Shown here piece by piece: positions 17,390-26,514 of a stretch of DNA of 38,453 nt (position 1 is the stretch's first letter; each line of letters begins with the position of its first letter). Both the position numbers and the translations under genes were made by a program. Below the pieces are notes generated by a model that saw only the letters and a list, made by a program, of their open reading frames with translations, had not been told where the DNA came from and searched no databases. Source of the stretch: a virus (lineage: Duplodnaviria; Caudoviricetes); IMG/VR virus record IMGVR_UViG_3300020221_000047, positions 1 through 38,453 of that record; one strand, 5' to 3'.

Positions 17390-18241
17390 ATGAAAATAAT
17401 TAATACAAGAGATTATCCATCCGTTCCCACAATAAACATGCTCGTGTATGGGCGAGGTGGAGTTGGAAAATCAACATTCGGCGCGACATTCCCAAGAGTA
17501 TTGTTTATTGATTTTGAAAACGGAGTTAAATATTTTAACCAGCGTGGCATCGAGGTTCCCGTAGTACAATTTCAGAACTTTCCCACACACCAAGAGCAGA
17601 TGCAAATAGTTGAGTATGCAAACGCTAATAAGTTCGATTCAATTGTCATTGACCCAATCGGTGAAGCAATGGAAAAACTAATTAAAGACCATGCAATTAT
17701 TTCTGGGCAAAAATATCGACAAAATAACGGAGACCTTACAATGGCTGGGTGGGGAAAGGTAAAAGATGAAATGCGCACATTTCTAAAATGCCTCCGTGAT
17801 ACGGGGAAGAACATGGTCATCATCGCACACACAAACTCGGTGCAGGACGGTGAAGTCATAAAAGAACGTCCTCTTGTCGCCACAAAACTCGTGGACGAAC
17901 TCATTGCAATGGTGGATATTGTAGGATACCTAGATGTGGTGAAAGACGGGGAAACATCAAAAAGAATTATTAGGTTAAATCCCGCAGACCCACGCTTTGA
18001 CGCAAAAGACCGAACGGGGGCATTGCCAGAAATTATAAAACCAGAATACGCGTGGATTACGAAACAAATCAAATCATCGCAGAATGCAAGCATCAAAAAA
18101 GAAACACCTAAAGACACAACGATAGTAACAGAGCAACCAGAAGTGGCAGATGTACCGCAAACGGAAGAAGTTGTGCAAGAAATAGAAACACAACAAGAAA
18201 ATCCGTTTGACAACGAGATAGAGGATGACATGATTGTATGA
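17390..18241 (+). CDS. AAA_24 / Sak4-like ssDNA-annealing ATPase
   Basis: LVYGRGGVGKST, LFIDFENG, IVIDP, IIAH, DIVGYL, AKDRTG; acidic tail; next to exonuclease and SSB. Confidence 0.85.
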   Translation: MKIINTRDYPSVPTINMLVYGRGGVGKSTFGATFPRVLFIDFENGVKYFNQRGIEVPVVQFQNFPTHQEQMQIVEYANANKFDSIVIDPIGEAMEKLIKDHAIISGQKYRQNNGDLTMAGWGKVKDEMRTFLKCLRDTGKNMVIIAHTNSVQDGEVIKERPLVATKLVDELIAMVDIVGYLDVVKDGETSKRIIRLNPADPRFDAKDRTGALPEIIKPEYAWITKQIKSSQNASIKKETPKDTTIVTEQPEVADVPQTEEVVQEIETQQENPFDNEIEDDMIV

Positions 18242-19095
18242 ATCCGACAACATTAGAACTGTATGGAGGTGATGTTGTTATTGAGTACCACGAAAACAGC
18301 CACCGATATTATTTAGTAAAAGAAAAAGAAGTATTATCTAAAAAGAAAATGCTTGCTGGTGCGTCGACGATTGCAGGTCTTATGGATAAAAGCAGGATGC
18401 TCATCCCGTGGGCAATACGCTCATACACAGAAAAGGTAGTATCACTTATGGGGAATGGGGTATCGTTCACGAAAGATGATGTCATGTCGATGCTTGCGAT
18501 TGGGGAAAAAGCACATGACGAAGAAAGTATGAATGGAAAAGAGATCGGAACATATCTTCACGCGTGGGCAGAAGAATACGCGAAAGACCAAAACCAAACG
18601 CAAGCATATAATCGTGTCATAAATACACTTGGTTTTCCTAGGAATGAAATTACTGATCAAGTCCATACTGTCGTAAAAGGGTTGCATAAATGGTTAGAAA
18701 ATGAAGAAGTCGAAATAGAGGAAAGCGAAGGTGTTGTATACTCCATGAAAGAAGGGTTTACCGGACGTTTTGACGCGACAATTATAAAAGATGGGAAAAG
18801 ATACCTTGTCGATTATAAGACTTCAAATGGCATTTATGACGAACATAGAGTGCAGGCATCAGCGTACTTAAAGGCGAAAGAAGAAGAAGCAAAATATATC
18901 GGTATTCCCATGATGTATCATGGAGCACTCATCGTAAGCATTGCAAAAAAAGATAAAGAAAAAGATGGTGTGATACAAAAGGCTGGTACAGTTGTCGCCG
19001 AGTATAGAAGTCGTAATGACCTTGTGAAGGATTATAAATTATTCAAATCACTTGTGGCGGTTCACAAAAGACAAAAAGAACTCGCCAAAAAATAA
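18238..19095 (+). CDS. PD-(D/E)XK family exonuclease
   Basis: GTYLH...GRFDA...LVDYKTS...QASAY motifs. Confidence 0.85.
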   Translation: MNPTTLELYGGDVVIEYHENSHRYYLVKEKEVLSKKKMLAGASTIAGLMDKSRMLIPWAIRSYTEKVVSLMGNGVSFTKDDVMSMLAIGEKAHDEESMNGKEIGTYLHAWAEEYAKDQNQTQAYNRVINTLGFPRNEITDQVHTVVKGLHKWLENEEVEIEESEGVVYSMKEGFTGRFDATIIKDGKRYLVDYKTSNGIYDEHRVQASAYLKAKEEEAKYIGIPMMYHGALIVSIAKKDKEKDGVIQKAGTVVAEYRSRNDLVKDYKLFKSLVAVHKRQKELAKK

Positions 19096-19100
19096 CTACT

Positions 19101-19571
19101 ATGGATACTAACATCGCAATTATTGTGGGTCGTCTCACGAGAGACCCAGAATTAAAAACATTACCAAACGGAGGTCATGTTGCAGACTTTTCTGTTGCTA
19201 CAGGTCGACATTGGAAAGATAAAAACACGGGAGAAAAACGAGAGGAAACAGATTTCCACAACGTCGTGGTATTTGGGGCGCAGGCAGACAGTTGTGCCCA
19301 ATATCTAAAAAAAGGACAACTAGTAAGCATAGAAGGACGTATGCAGACCAGAACATGGGAAGGAGACAACGGTGTCAAACACTATCGGACAGAAATAATT
19401 GCCTCAAATGTACATTTTGGGCCCAAACCAAACAGCGGGGGAAATCAGGATGTGCAACAGCCATATAGGCGCGAAGCGAAACAAAGCAATCCTAGGTATA
19501 CTACCGTGTCGCACGAAGAAAAAATAGAATACCCAACAGAAGATATAAACATTGAGGACATCCCTTTTTAG
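19101..19571 (+). CDS. ssb: Single-stranded DNA-binding protein
   Basis: GRLTRDPELK...IEGRMQTRTW...EDIPF C-terminus. Confidence 0.97.
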   Translation: MDTNIAIIVGRLTRDPELKTLPNGGHVADFSVATGRHWKDKNTGEKREETDFHNVVVFGAQADSCAQYLKKGQLVSIEGRMQTRTWEGDNGVKHYRTEIIASNVHFGPKPNSGGNQDVQQPYRREAKQSNPRYTTVSHEEKIEYPTEDINIEDIPF

Positions 19572-19604
19572 TACCTATCCGCAGCATAAAGAATAGCAAA
19601 AAAT

Positions 19605-20072
19605 ATGAAAATAAAATTACAATTCAACGCAACAGTTGAAAAAAAAGAAAAAACACACGTGCTCAACATCGTGCAAAAAGACACATTCAAAAAACTTCTT
19701 GCGCAAATGGAGGGTAAAAAAGTTATCTTGACAATTGATCCAGTAAAACGCACGCGCTCTCTAAACCAAAACTCATACTGGTGGGGTGTTTGCTATCCGA
19801 TACTTGCAGATGCGACAGGACACACAATTCCAGAGGTGCACGAAATATGCAAAACATTGTTTATTGTTCCAAAAACAATACAAATAGACCCAGCACTCAA
19901 AGACACACTTGACGACATACTCACCACAGCACCAGAGAGCGTAGCATACGAAAGAAGCACAACGGAACTTTCTGTGGGAGAGGGCATAGAGTATACAGAT
20001 ATGGTACGGAGACTTGCCCAAGAACTCGGTACATATATTCCCTCACCAGAAGAAGCGGGGTACACATCATGA
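19605..20072 (+). CDS. NinB/DUF1367-like recombination-associated protein
   Basis: RSLNQNSYWWG and STTELS motifs; precedes NinG-like gene. Confidence 0.6.
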   Translation: MKIKLQFNATVEKKEKTHVLNIVQKDTFKKLLAQMEGKKVILTIDPVKRTRSLNQNSYWWGVCYPILADATGHTIPEVHEICKTLFIVPKTIQIDPALKDTLDDILTTAPESVAYERSTTELSVGEGIEYTDMVRRLAQELGTYIPSPEEAGYTS

Positions 20073-20452
20073 TAAATAATCAAAAAAAAGAATTATGGGA
20101 ACTTTGCAAGGCACATACGAGAAAAAAGTATGGGACGGCATGTTTTACATGTGGTACGATATGTGGTGTATTGCACACAGGGCATTTTATCCCGTCGTCT
20201 GTGTGCGGGGCACTGCTACGGTATCACCCACACAATCTCGCAACACAATGTGAACATTGCAACATAGCACTTTCAGGGAATGTCAATATATATGAAAAAA
20301 GATTGCGAGAAAAAATAGGAGATAAGAAAGTTGATGCTCTTTTTAGACTCAAACATAAATCAGTGAAAGCAGATAGTATATTTCTCCAAACACTTATAGA
20401 CATTTACAAAAAAGGAGACGAAGAAAAGATTGTCGCGTTTTTAGAAAAATAG
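20069..20452 (+). CDS. NinG/Rap-like endonuclease
   Basis: CFTCG...HTGHFIP...LRYHPHNLATQCEHCN. Confidence 0.85.
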   Translation: MINNQKKELWELCKAHTRKKYGTACFTCGTICGVLHTGHFIPSSVCGALLRYHPHNLATQCEHCNIALSGNVNIYEKRLREKIGDKKVDALFRLKHKSVKADSIFLQTLIDIYKKGDEEKIVAFLEK

Positions 20453-20542
20453 TCCACTACGGCTTGCGTTACGGTAAAAAGAACAGATGACTTAAATTGT
20501 TTTTCTGTGGATATTACGACGGGCGGAGCATGTGGTGGAAAT

Positions 20543-20616
20543 GGGCGTATAGCTCAATTGGTTAGAGTACCGAGCTTATACCTCGGCGGTTCGGGGTTCA
20601 AGTCCCTGTGCGCCCA
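20543..20616 (+). tRNA. tRNA-Ile, anticodon UAU (CCA not encoded)
   Basis: Acceptor GGGCGTA/TGCGCCC, D arm GCTC/GAGT, anticodon stem CCGAG/CTCGG with loop CT-TAT-AC, T arm CGGGG-TTCAAGT-CCCTG, discriminator A. Confidence 0.93.
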
Positions 20617-20713
20617 CTTATCCACAGTTGCGTCATTGCAAAACTGCTAATCACATGATACGATAATCACATCGACAGAGAAACACCATAAGACACTCGC
20701 GTCGACTATCGAC

Positions 20714-20914
20714 ATGAAACTTACAACCGCAACGAAAAAATACACAGATCTAATCGGAAGCGAATATCTTGTAAAAAAAATAGACGTAAAGCATTATACA
20801 AAAAAACTGAAAACAAAAAATAATATATTACTCGCCATCGTCGTAATAAGTCTTGTAGCAATCGCAGTTTCTTTTACACTTGTGCAACATTACTTGGATT
20901 TGATTGTTGCGTAA
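20714..20914 (+). CDS. Small membrane protein
   Basis: 66 aa, basic N-terminus, one hydrophobic helix. Confidence 0.6.
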   Translation: MKLTTATKKYTDLIGSEYLVKKIDVKHYTKKLKTKNNILLAIVVISLVAIAVSFTLVQHYLDLIVA

Positions 20915-21032
20915 ATTATAATTAGAAAAAGAGATAAAAAAAGTAGAGGAAGAAATAGAGGTTCTTATAAATAATAAATAAAAAGCAAAAGAAAAATAAA
21001 AAAAATTATCCATTATCACTAACCAACACATC

Positions 21033-21278
21033 ATGACAACATTAAACGATTACAAATCCAAATGGGATGCATTATCAGAAAAGAAGAACTTAAAATGGGA
21101 TGAAGCAATGGAAGCGGTAAAGCGGGACGGATATGCACTCAAGTATGTCATAGAGCAAACACCAGAGATATGCTTAGAAGCAGTGAAGCAAGACGGGTGG
21201 GCACTCCGTTACGTATCAGAGCAAATGTTCGACATATACACAGACGACGAGATGAAGGATGGTATGGTGGTAGTGTAG
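21033..21278 (+). CDS. DUF4116-like repeat protein
   Basis: EAVKRDGYALKYV and EICLEAVKQDGWALRYV repeats. Confidence 0.8.
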   Translation: MTTLNDYKSKWDALSEKKNLKWDEAMEAVKRDGYALKYVIEQTPEICLEAVKQDGWALRYVSEQMFDIYTDDEMKDGMVVV

Positions 21279-21326
21279 GACGGCGCAAGGACGCAGGGAG
21301 GGTTCGAGCCCCTCCGCCCTATAGGA

Positions 21327-21632
21327 TTGTTCTTTACAATAAGTTTCCGATACACTCATGCACATGTAGACAATCAAATGTCTGAACGCTTACTAGGCGA
21401 AAATGTGTGCACACCCTTTTTAGGTTTCTAGTATATATCCATGGTTGCATGGTCGTGTGCATGCGTGTGTCGGCAACTTTTTGTGTTGTTCTTTACAATT
21501 ATAAACCACTTGTTGACAATTAGGTTGTCAATTAGTTGTTGGTAGACGGGGGAAATGGGGGACAAGTGTTCACCTAACTAGGAAGGAAAGGATAAAGTGT
21601 CCCCGAACGCTTCCCCGCCCGCCAACAACTAA
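21327..21632 (+). ncRNA. Candidate structured RNA region: two boxA-like motifs, each followed by a long stem
   Basis: ttgttctttacaat at 21327 and 21486; stems 21341-21366/21454-21479 and 21532-21554/21611-21632. Confidence 0.5.
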
Positions 21633-21646
21633 ACAAGGAGTAAACC

Positions 21647-21862
21647 ATGGAACTCGCATTCACGATACACGTAGGCGACAAAACGTATTCGTACTCCTCT
21701 CTCTCGTGTGAACTCTTCACAAAAGATCACACACTGAAAGACCATGTGCACGACAGAGTCGCAATGACAGAGGAAGAAGCCTTGCAGTTTCTTGTAGAAA
21801 AACACAACGCCACGAGACCCTACGGGCGAGACACAATCGGATCAAAGGAGGTATTACCATGA
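21647..21862 (+). CDS. Hypothetical protein
   Basis: 71 aa with strong SD (aaggag, 21635-21640). Confidence 0.7.
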   Translation: MELAFTIHVGDKTYSYSSLSCELFTKDHTLKDHVHDRVAMTEEEALQFLVEKHNATRPYGRDTIGSKEVLP

Positions 21863-22101
21863 ACCACGCACAACGCAGAAGCGAACAACGCAAAGGTTTT
21901 TCTAAAAAGTGGAGCAAGCACCACCGCAGACCACGTTCTCGTGGTGGTGGAAGCGAAAGCGAAAACATCTCTCTCGTTCCGGTAAATCTCCACGTTGCGT
22001 ATCACATTCTCTTTGCGAACATGCTTCCAGAAGAGATTGTAAAAGTGCTTAACGATATGTGGATACCGCGAGACTGGGAGATTGTGGCGAGGAGGAGATA
22101 G
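21859..22101 (+). CDS. Small HNH-like endonuclease
   Basis: KHHRRPRSRGG...ENISLV...HVAYH; SD aaggagg; ATGA overlap with upstream gene. Confidence 0.7.
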   Translation: MNHAQRRSEQRKGFSKKWSKHHRRPRSRGGGSESENISLVPVNLHVAYHILFANMLPEEIVKVLNDMWIPRDWEIVARRR

Positions 22102-22188
22102 GTGTGTTTGTTTACATAGGGGACTATGTGTCCCCTCTTTTATGAGGAAAAGGAGCATTACCATAACACTCGTTTTTCTCTAAAGGAC

Positions 22189-22416
22189 ATGAAAAAATTA
22201 CTTAAAAAGATTTCTGGTATTAGTATTTACTATATAAAGGATGGTGTGAGACACGATGGTGCTCATGAAAATATCTCTGGGAACGTGAATGATATCTATG
22301 GGGACGTGAGCGGTATCTCTGGGAACGTGAGCGGTATCTCTGGGAATGTCGACGGATGTGAAATCACTAACGCAGAACGAGAGAAAGGAATAGATATAGT
22401 TGAACTTATTGGATAA
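22189..22416 (+). CDS. Hypothetical protein with heptapeptide (ISGNVSG) repeats
   Basis: ORF 22126-22416, likely start 22189 (MKKLLKK). Confidence 0.65.
   Translation: MKKLLKKISGISIYYIKDGVRHDGAHENISGNVNDIYGDVSGISGNVSGISGNVDGCEITNAEREKGIDIVELIG
22273..22356 (+). repeat. 21-bp tandem repeat x4 (coding)
   Basis: Consensus atctctgggaacgtgagcggt. Confidence 0.9.
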
Positions 22417-22489
22417 TTTCGTGTGGGCGAGCAATCGTTCGCCCATTTTATCGAGAGCACGATGCTAACGTCGTTCTTTCGTAAAATGT

Positions 22490-22891
22490 ATGACCAACAA
22501 CAGAGAAATTAAGTTCAGAGCGTGGGACGGAGAGCACAAAGAGTTCGTAGTCCGCCTCACTGTACATGTGGCAACTTTGACAATAAAAGATTTGCTAGAC
22601 AAACGTAACGGAAGTTGGGACGACTATGAGTTTTCGCAATTTACTGGTTTACTCGACCGACACGGAAATGAGATTTATGAGGGGGACATTATCAGAAATT
22701 ATCGCTCACATGAAGACGTTAAAAAGCAGATTGTGGAGTGGTATCGCGGAGGATTTATGTTAAAGACACATGGCAACTTCGGACATTCTAGTATCGAGTT
22801 GTATGATGGCGATAGCGATAAACACTACGAAATCATCGGCAACATTTATGAGACCGAACACTTACTTCACTCTAATGACGACACCATATGA
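22490..22891 (+). CDS. YopX-family protein
   Basis: REIKFRAWD...QFTGLLDRHGNEIYEGDI...EIIGNIYE. Confidence 0.93.
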   Translation: MTNNREIKFRAWDGEHKEFVVRLTVHVATLTIKDLLDKRNGSWDDYEFSQFTGLLDRHGNEIYEGDIIRNYRSHEDVKKQIVEWYRGGFMLKTHGNFGHSSIELYDGDSDKHYEIIGNIYETEHLLHSNDDTI

Positions 22892-23079
22892 AAAAGAAAA
22901 AATACTTAAAACAGACATTCGAGGTAATAACTCCGCTCGATAGTGTTATTGACGATGAAACTTTGCAAAAAGAATACAAAGGAAATATAGAAAAAGTAGC
23001 GAAGTATCTTTACAAAGAAGAAGGTTTTTGGTGGGACGAGAGAATGAAACTTATTAAAGTAGAAATTATCAATCCATAA
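22888..23079 (+). CDS. Hypothetical protein
   Basis: 63 aa, ATGA overlap with YopX. Confidence 0.65.
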   Translation: MKKKKYLKQTFEVITPLDSVIDDETLQKEYKGNIEKVAKYLYKEEGFWWDERMKLIKVEIINP

Positions 23080-23093
23080 CTGTGGGACACCAT

Positions 23094-23387
23094 ATGAAAG
23101 AAAACATCACAACAAACTTAGAGTATCTGTCAAATCTATGCCTTGCAAACGGCGGTAACCACGAAGCGTATAGCGACAGAGACCTGTTCAACGCAACAGA
23201 GATATTTCAGCATGTTTTATTGGACGTACTCTATACGGAGAATTATCCTCACACAAACAAAGAAAAAATGCTAGAATTAGCAGAGACAACAGGAATGGCA
23301 ATAAGAGAACTCATACTCTCTTGCACCGATAAGGACATGCGCGAAATTGCGAAGAACTTAATAGATAACGATCCAACTCAAGCATGA
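23094..23387 (+). CDS. Hypothetical protein
   Basis: Co-oriented ORF; ATG at 23094 preferred. Confidence 0.65.
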   Translation: MKENITTNLEYLSNLCLANGGNHEAYSDRDLFNATEIFQHVLLDVLYTENYPHTNKEKMLELAETTGMAIRELILSCTDKDMREIAKNLIDNDPTQA

Positions 23388-23465
23388 ATACACAAAAACA
23401 AAACTTGATGTTACAAGTTAACTTACCACAATTGTGGGACAAAATATGAAAATACAAGTAGGACA

Positions 23466-23807
23466 ATGCCCGAAATAATGACATCCAATATGAATCTCGA
23501 CACAGATCTCGATTATCAAAGAATACACCCAAATCACTATGAAGCAGAAAATGCATTCTTAGTGAACTCCGATTATGAAGAACGAGAAATTAAACACAAC
23601 ACACCACCAACATCACTATCAATCAAAGAAAGAATACCCATGCTCCGCCAGTATCTCAATGAGCGTCCCGCTGGCTCACCACCACTCATAGATGAAGACC
23701 TTATGTTCTGGCTCGGAATGTGTGATGTGGGTGAATTGGAAAAAGCACGTTGGATGTATGAAAAAGATAACGAGAAGATACGAGCAATGAAGATTATTAC
23801 TAATTAA
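23466..23807 (+). CDS. Hypothetical protein
   Basis: 113-aa co-oriented ORF. Confidence 0.6.
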   Translation: MPEIMTSNMNLDTDLDYQRIHPNHYEAENAFLVNSDYEEREIKHNTPPTSLSIKERIPMLRQYLNERPAGSPPLIDEDLMFWLGMCDVGELEKARWMYEKDNEKIRAMKIITN

Positions 23808-23829
23808 CTGAGACCACATCTCAATAACT

Positions 23830-24168
23830 GTGGGATTGGATATGGAAATAAAATTATTTTTGGAAGAATATAAAACAAAATATGATAAAAAAACTCTAGC
23901 ATATAAAGCTGGCGAAATATGTGAAGACGGAGACATAACGAACCAACAGGTTGGTGCAGAGGAAACATTTGCTATTGGTATGCCAGTTTATGATAAAGAA
24001 GGGAAAGAGCTTGGAAAATTAAGTATCGGATTATTTGAAAATCTTAATTACAACACACCAGACTTAGACTTCAATATACCAGTATATACTTGGAGGGTTG
24101 AAGGATATAAAGGCAAAAGACAAACAATTAAAACATATTATCAGATTAACGAGTCCACAACAACATGA
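23830..24168 (+). CDS. Hypothetical protein
   Basis: 112-aa co-oriented ORF; start may be the ATG at 23842. Confidence 0.6.
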   Translation: MGLDMEIKLFLEEYKTKYDKKTLAYKAGEICEDGDITNQQVGAEETFAIGMPVYDKEGKELGKLSIGLFENLNYNTPDLDFNIPVYTWRVEGYKGKRQTIKTYYQINESTTT

Positions 24169-24335
24169 TATACCAAACAAAATACAGACAAATAAAGCAG
24201 AAAAAAGGCGAAGCGGATAACATGATAAAAGCAGGGTTCCCCAAATGCTTTGATTTGCAAACTGGCAAAGTGTCAGTACATTGCAACACTTGTATTAGAC
24301 GTTACCGAGATATGTGTGTGCGACAATCTGAATAG
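24165..24335 (+). CDS. Small Cys-containing hypothetical protein (56 aa, not in ORF track)
   Basis: ATGA overlap; MIYQTKYRQ...KCFD...HCNTC...RQSE. Confidence 0.5.
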   Translation: MIYQTKYRQIKQKKGEADNMIKAGFPKCFDLQTGKVSVHCNTCIRRYRDMCVRQSE

Positions 24336-24376
24336 TAAAGAACATAGTAACACTTTATATATCTCACAAACACATT

Positions 24377-25507
24377 ATGAATGTACTATCATTATTTGAC
24401 GGAATATCGTGCGGTCAACAAGCCCTCAAAGAACTCGGTATACCTGTCGGGAAGTATTATGCAAGCGAAATAGAAAAGCACCCAATCGCAATCACACAAC
24501 ATAATTTCCCCAACACAATACAACTTGGAGATATTACCAAGTGGCATGAGTGGGATATAGATTGGGCGAGCATAGATTTAGTGCAGGGTGGTTCTCCGTG
24601 CCAAGGGTTTAGTTTTGCAGGTAAACAATTAAACTTCAACGACCCACGAAGCAGATTATTTTTTGAGTTCGTAGATATACTCAACCACGTGAAAAAACAC
24701 AATCCGAATGTTAAGTTCCTACTGGAGAATGTTCGCATGAAAAAGGAGTACCAAGATGTGATAAGTGAGCAACTTGGAGTGAAACCAATAATGATTAACA
24801 GTGCACTTGTATCGGCGCAAAACAGAATTAGACTTTATTGGTGTAATTGGGACGTAGAACAACCAGAAGACAGAGAAATACTACTCAAAGATGTGTTGGA
24901 GAACGGCCACGCCGTAAAAGATAAGGGGCAGACTATACTTGCCACTATCTACAAAGAGAACGCAAAAAGCATGGTCAAGCGCAATAAGCTAGGGCTATGC
25001 ATCCAAGTTGGCGAAGCAGACCTTAAAGGACATGACAGCATCAAGCGGGTGTATTCACCAGACGGCAAAAACCCAACGCTCACAACAATGGGCGGAGGGC
25101 ATAGGGAACCGAAGGTGGTGTGTGGCGCATTCCGAGGTAGATACATCATAGACGGCAAGCGACAAGACGAAAAAACAAACACTCTCACGACTGTAGGTAA
25201 AGATAATGTCGTGGTGCGAGAAAAAAGTTATTGCATCGATGCGAACTACTACAAAGGAGGTAAAAAAGGTGGCACACACCAATCTTCAAAGCGGAACTAC
25301 TTACTTGATGATGGCTCTGGGTCGTTATACTGGCGCAAACTCACCCCAATAGAGTGTGAACGGTTGCAGACACTTCCTGACAATTTTTCAGCACTCGGCA
25401 ACTATGATGGGATAGTGAAAGAGGTTGCAAACAGCAACCGCTACTGCGCCATAGGAAATGGGTGGACAGTAGCGGTCATTAAACATATTTATTCAAACAT
25501 GAGATGA
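24377..25507 (+). CDS. C5-cytosine DNA methyltransferase (orphan)
   Basis: Motifs I VLSLFDG, IV GGSPCQGFS, VI LLENV, VIII QNRIRLYW, IX-X RKLTPIECERLQ/IGNGW. Confidence 0.95.
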   Translation: MNVLSLFDGISCGQQALKELGIPVGKYYASEIEKHPIAITQHNFPNTIQLGDITKWHEWDIDWASIDLVQGGSPCQGFSFAGKQLNFNDPRSRLFFEFVDILNHVKKHNPNVKFLLENVRMKKEYQDVISEQLGVKPIMINSALVSAQNRIRLYWCNWDVEQPEDREILLKDVLENGHAVKDKGQTILATIYKENAKSMVKRNKLGLCIQVGEADLKGHDSIKRVYSPDGKNPTLTTMGGGHREPKVVCGAFRGRYIIDGKRQDEKTNTLTTVGKDNVVVREKSYCIDANYYKGGKKGGTHQSSKRNYLLDDGSGSLYWRKLTPIECERLQTLPDNFSALGNYDGIVKEVANSNRYCAIGNGWTVAVIKHIYSNMR

Positions 25508-25631
25508 GGTGGGTGTTTTCATATACTCACTTTGGTACGAACAGAAGATAACGTACCGACACATGGTAGAATTGTGGGAGTGGTATCGGGCGCATGGCAT
25601 TATTCGCTAACATCTTATTGTCTCCAAACAT

Positions 25632-25982
25632 ATGACAACAAAATCAAAACTAGACCAACTCACAGACGAACTCGCCAAACTCGTTGGAAACGAGGACTTG
25701 GACGACGAAATGTTACGAGAGGCGTCCGAGGGTTTACTACCCTCATTGTCAGACGCACTGCATGAGGCAGGATACGGAGTGACATATTATAAAATATGGA
25801 GCAACGAACACAAAGGATGGTGGAGGCCAAGCCATCGTGGATACACTCCAAACCGAATGGAGGCAGGTGCATACTCAGAAACGGAGGCAAGACAAATTGT
25901 CGAGGGTGCCAACATAGGACTCAAAGATGTTCCCAACGAGGCAATGGTCGAAATAGTAGCCGACGAAGATGAAAAAATATAA
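25632..25982 (+). CDS. Hypothetical protein
   Basis: 116 aa; IWSNEHKGWWRP...GYT...AGAY motif typical of small phage proteins. Confidence 0.7.
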   Translation: MTTKSKLDQLTDELAKLVGNEDLDDEMLREASEGLLPSLSDALHEAGYGVTYYKIWSNEHKGWWRPSHRGYTPNRMEAGAYSETEARQIVEGANIGLKDVPNEAMVEIVADEDEKI

Positions 25983-26040
25983 ACGATTTCCCCGCGAGAG
26001 CGAATTGACAAAATCGTGAAAATGTTTTGCAACATAAACC

Positions 26041-26083
26041 TGTGGATAAGTATACTTGCAAAACTATTTTGCTTGTGTATACT
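26041..26083 (+). promoter_or_regulatory. DnaA box (reverse) plus sigma70-like promoter
   Basis: TGTGGATAA 26041-26049; TTGCAA 26056-26061; TATACT 26078-26083. Confidence 0.6.
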
Positions 26084-26129
26084 GTATACATACTAAGTAA
26101 CGGGTCGCGACCTACCGCGGACATACTTT

Positions 26130-26489
26130 ATGAACGTTTATTCACATGGAAACATCACGATAAAAGGAAACGAATACTCATTTTCACTTCACCGAGAACT
26201 CGAAGACGACGAAATTGATGTTGCTCGTCCATGGCTATCCATGGAAGAAGTCGCAATTATCGTGGGAATGCTCGACGAAAAAGGAATCATAGATACCTAC
26301 GAACTTTCAGTTCGTGTGAACGGTGGAGACGGAAAACTCTCAAAAGAAGAAGAAGCATACATTTTGGAAAGTGATGAACTAGAAGAAGATATTTGCAAAA
26401 AATATGAAAAAGCAAAGGAAGAAGAGGAGAAGGTAAAAGCACAAGCAGAATACGAGGCTGAACTAGAAGCGGAAAAAGAAGGAGAATAA
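26130..26489 (+). CDS. Acidic hypothetical protein
   Basis: 119 aa, very Glu-rich C-terminus. Confidence 0.7.
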   Translation: MNVYSHGNITIKGNEYSFSLHRELEDDEIDVARPWLSMEEVAIIVGMLDEKGIIDTYELSVRVNGGDGKLSKEEEAYILESDELEEDICKKYEKAKEEEEKVKAQAEYEAELEAEKEGE

Positions 26490-26514
26490 AAAAATTATAA
26501 CCAACATATACATT

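Noticed and set aside
18238-19095. Cas4 / CRISPR adaptation gene
   Set aside because: Lacks the Fe-S cysteines; context (Sak4-like, SSB) indicates a recombination exonuclease.
20921-20980. Coding-like stretch LEKEIKKVEEEIEVLINNK
   Set aside because: Preceded by an in-frame stop with no start; too short to call a pseudogene with confidence.
24377-25507. Restriction-modification system
   Set aside because: No adjacent recognisable restriction endonuclease; orphan methyltransferases are common in phages.
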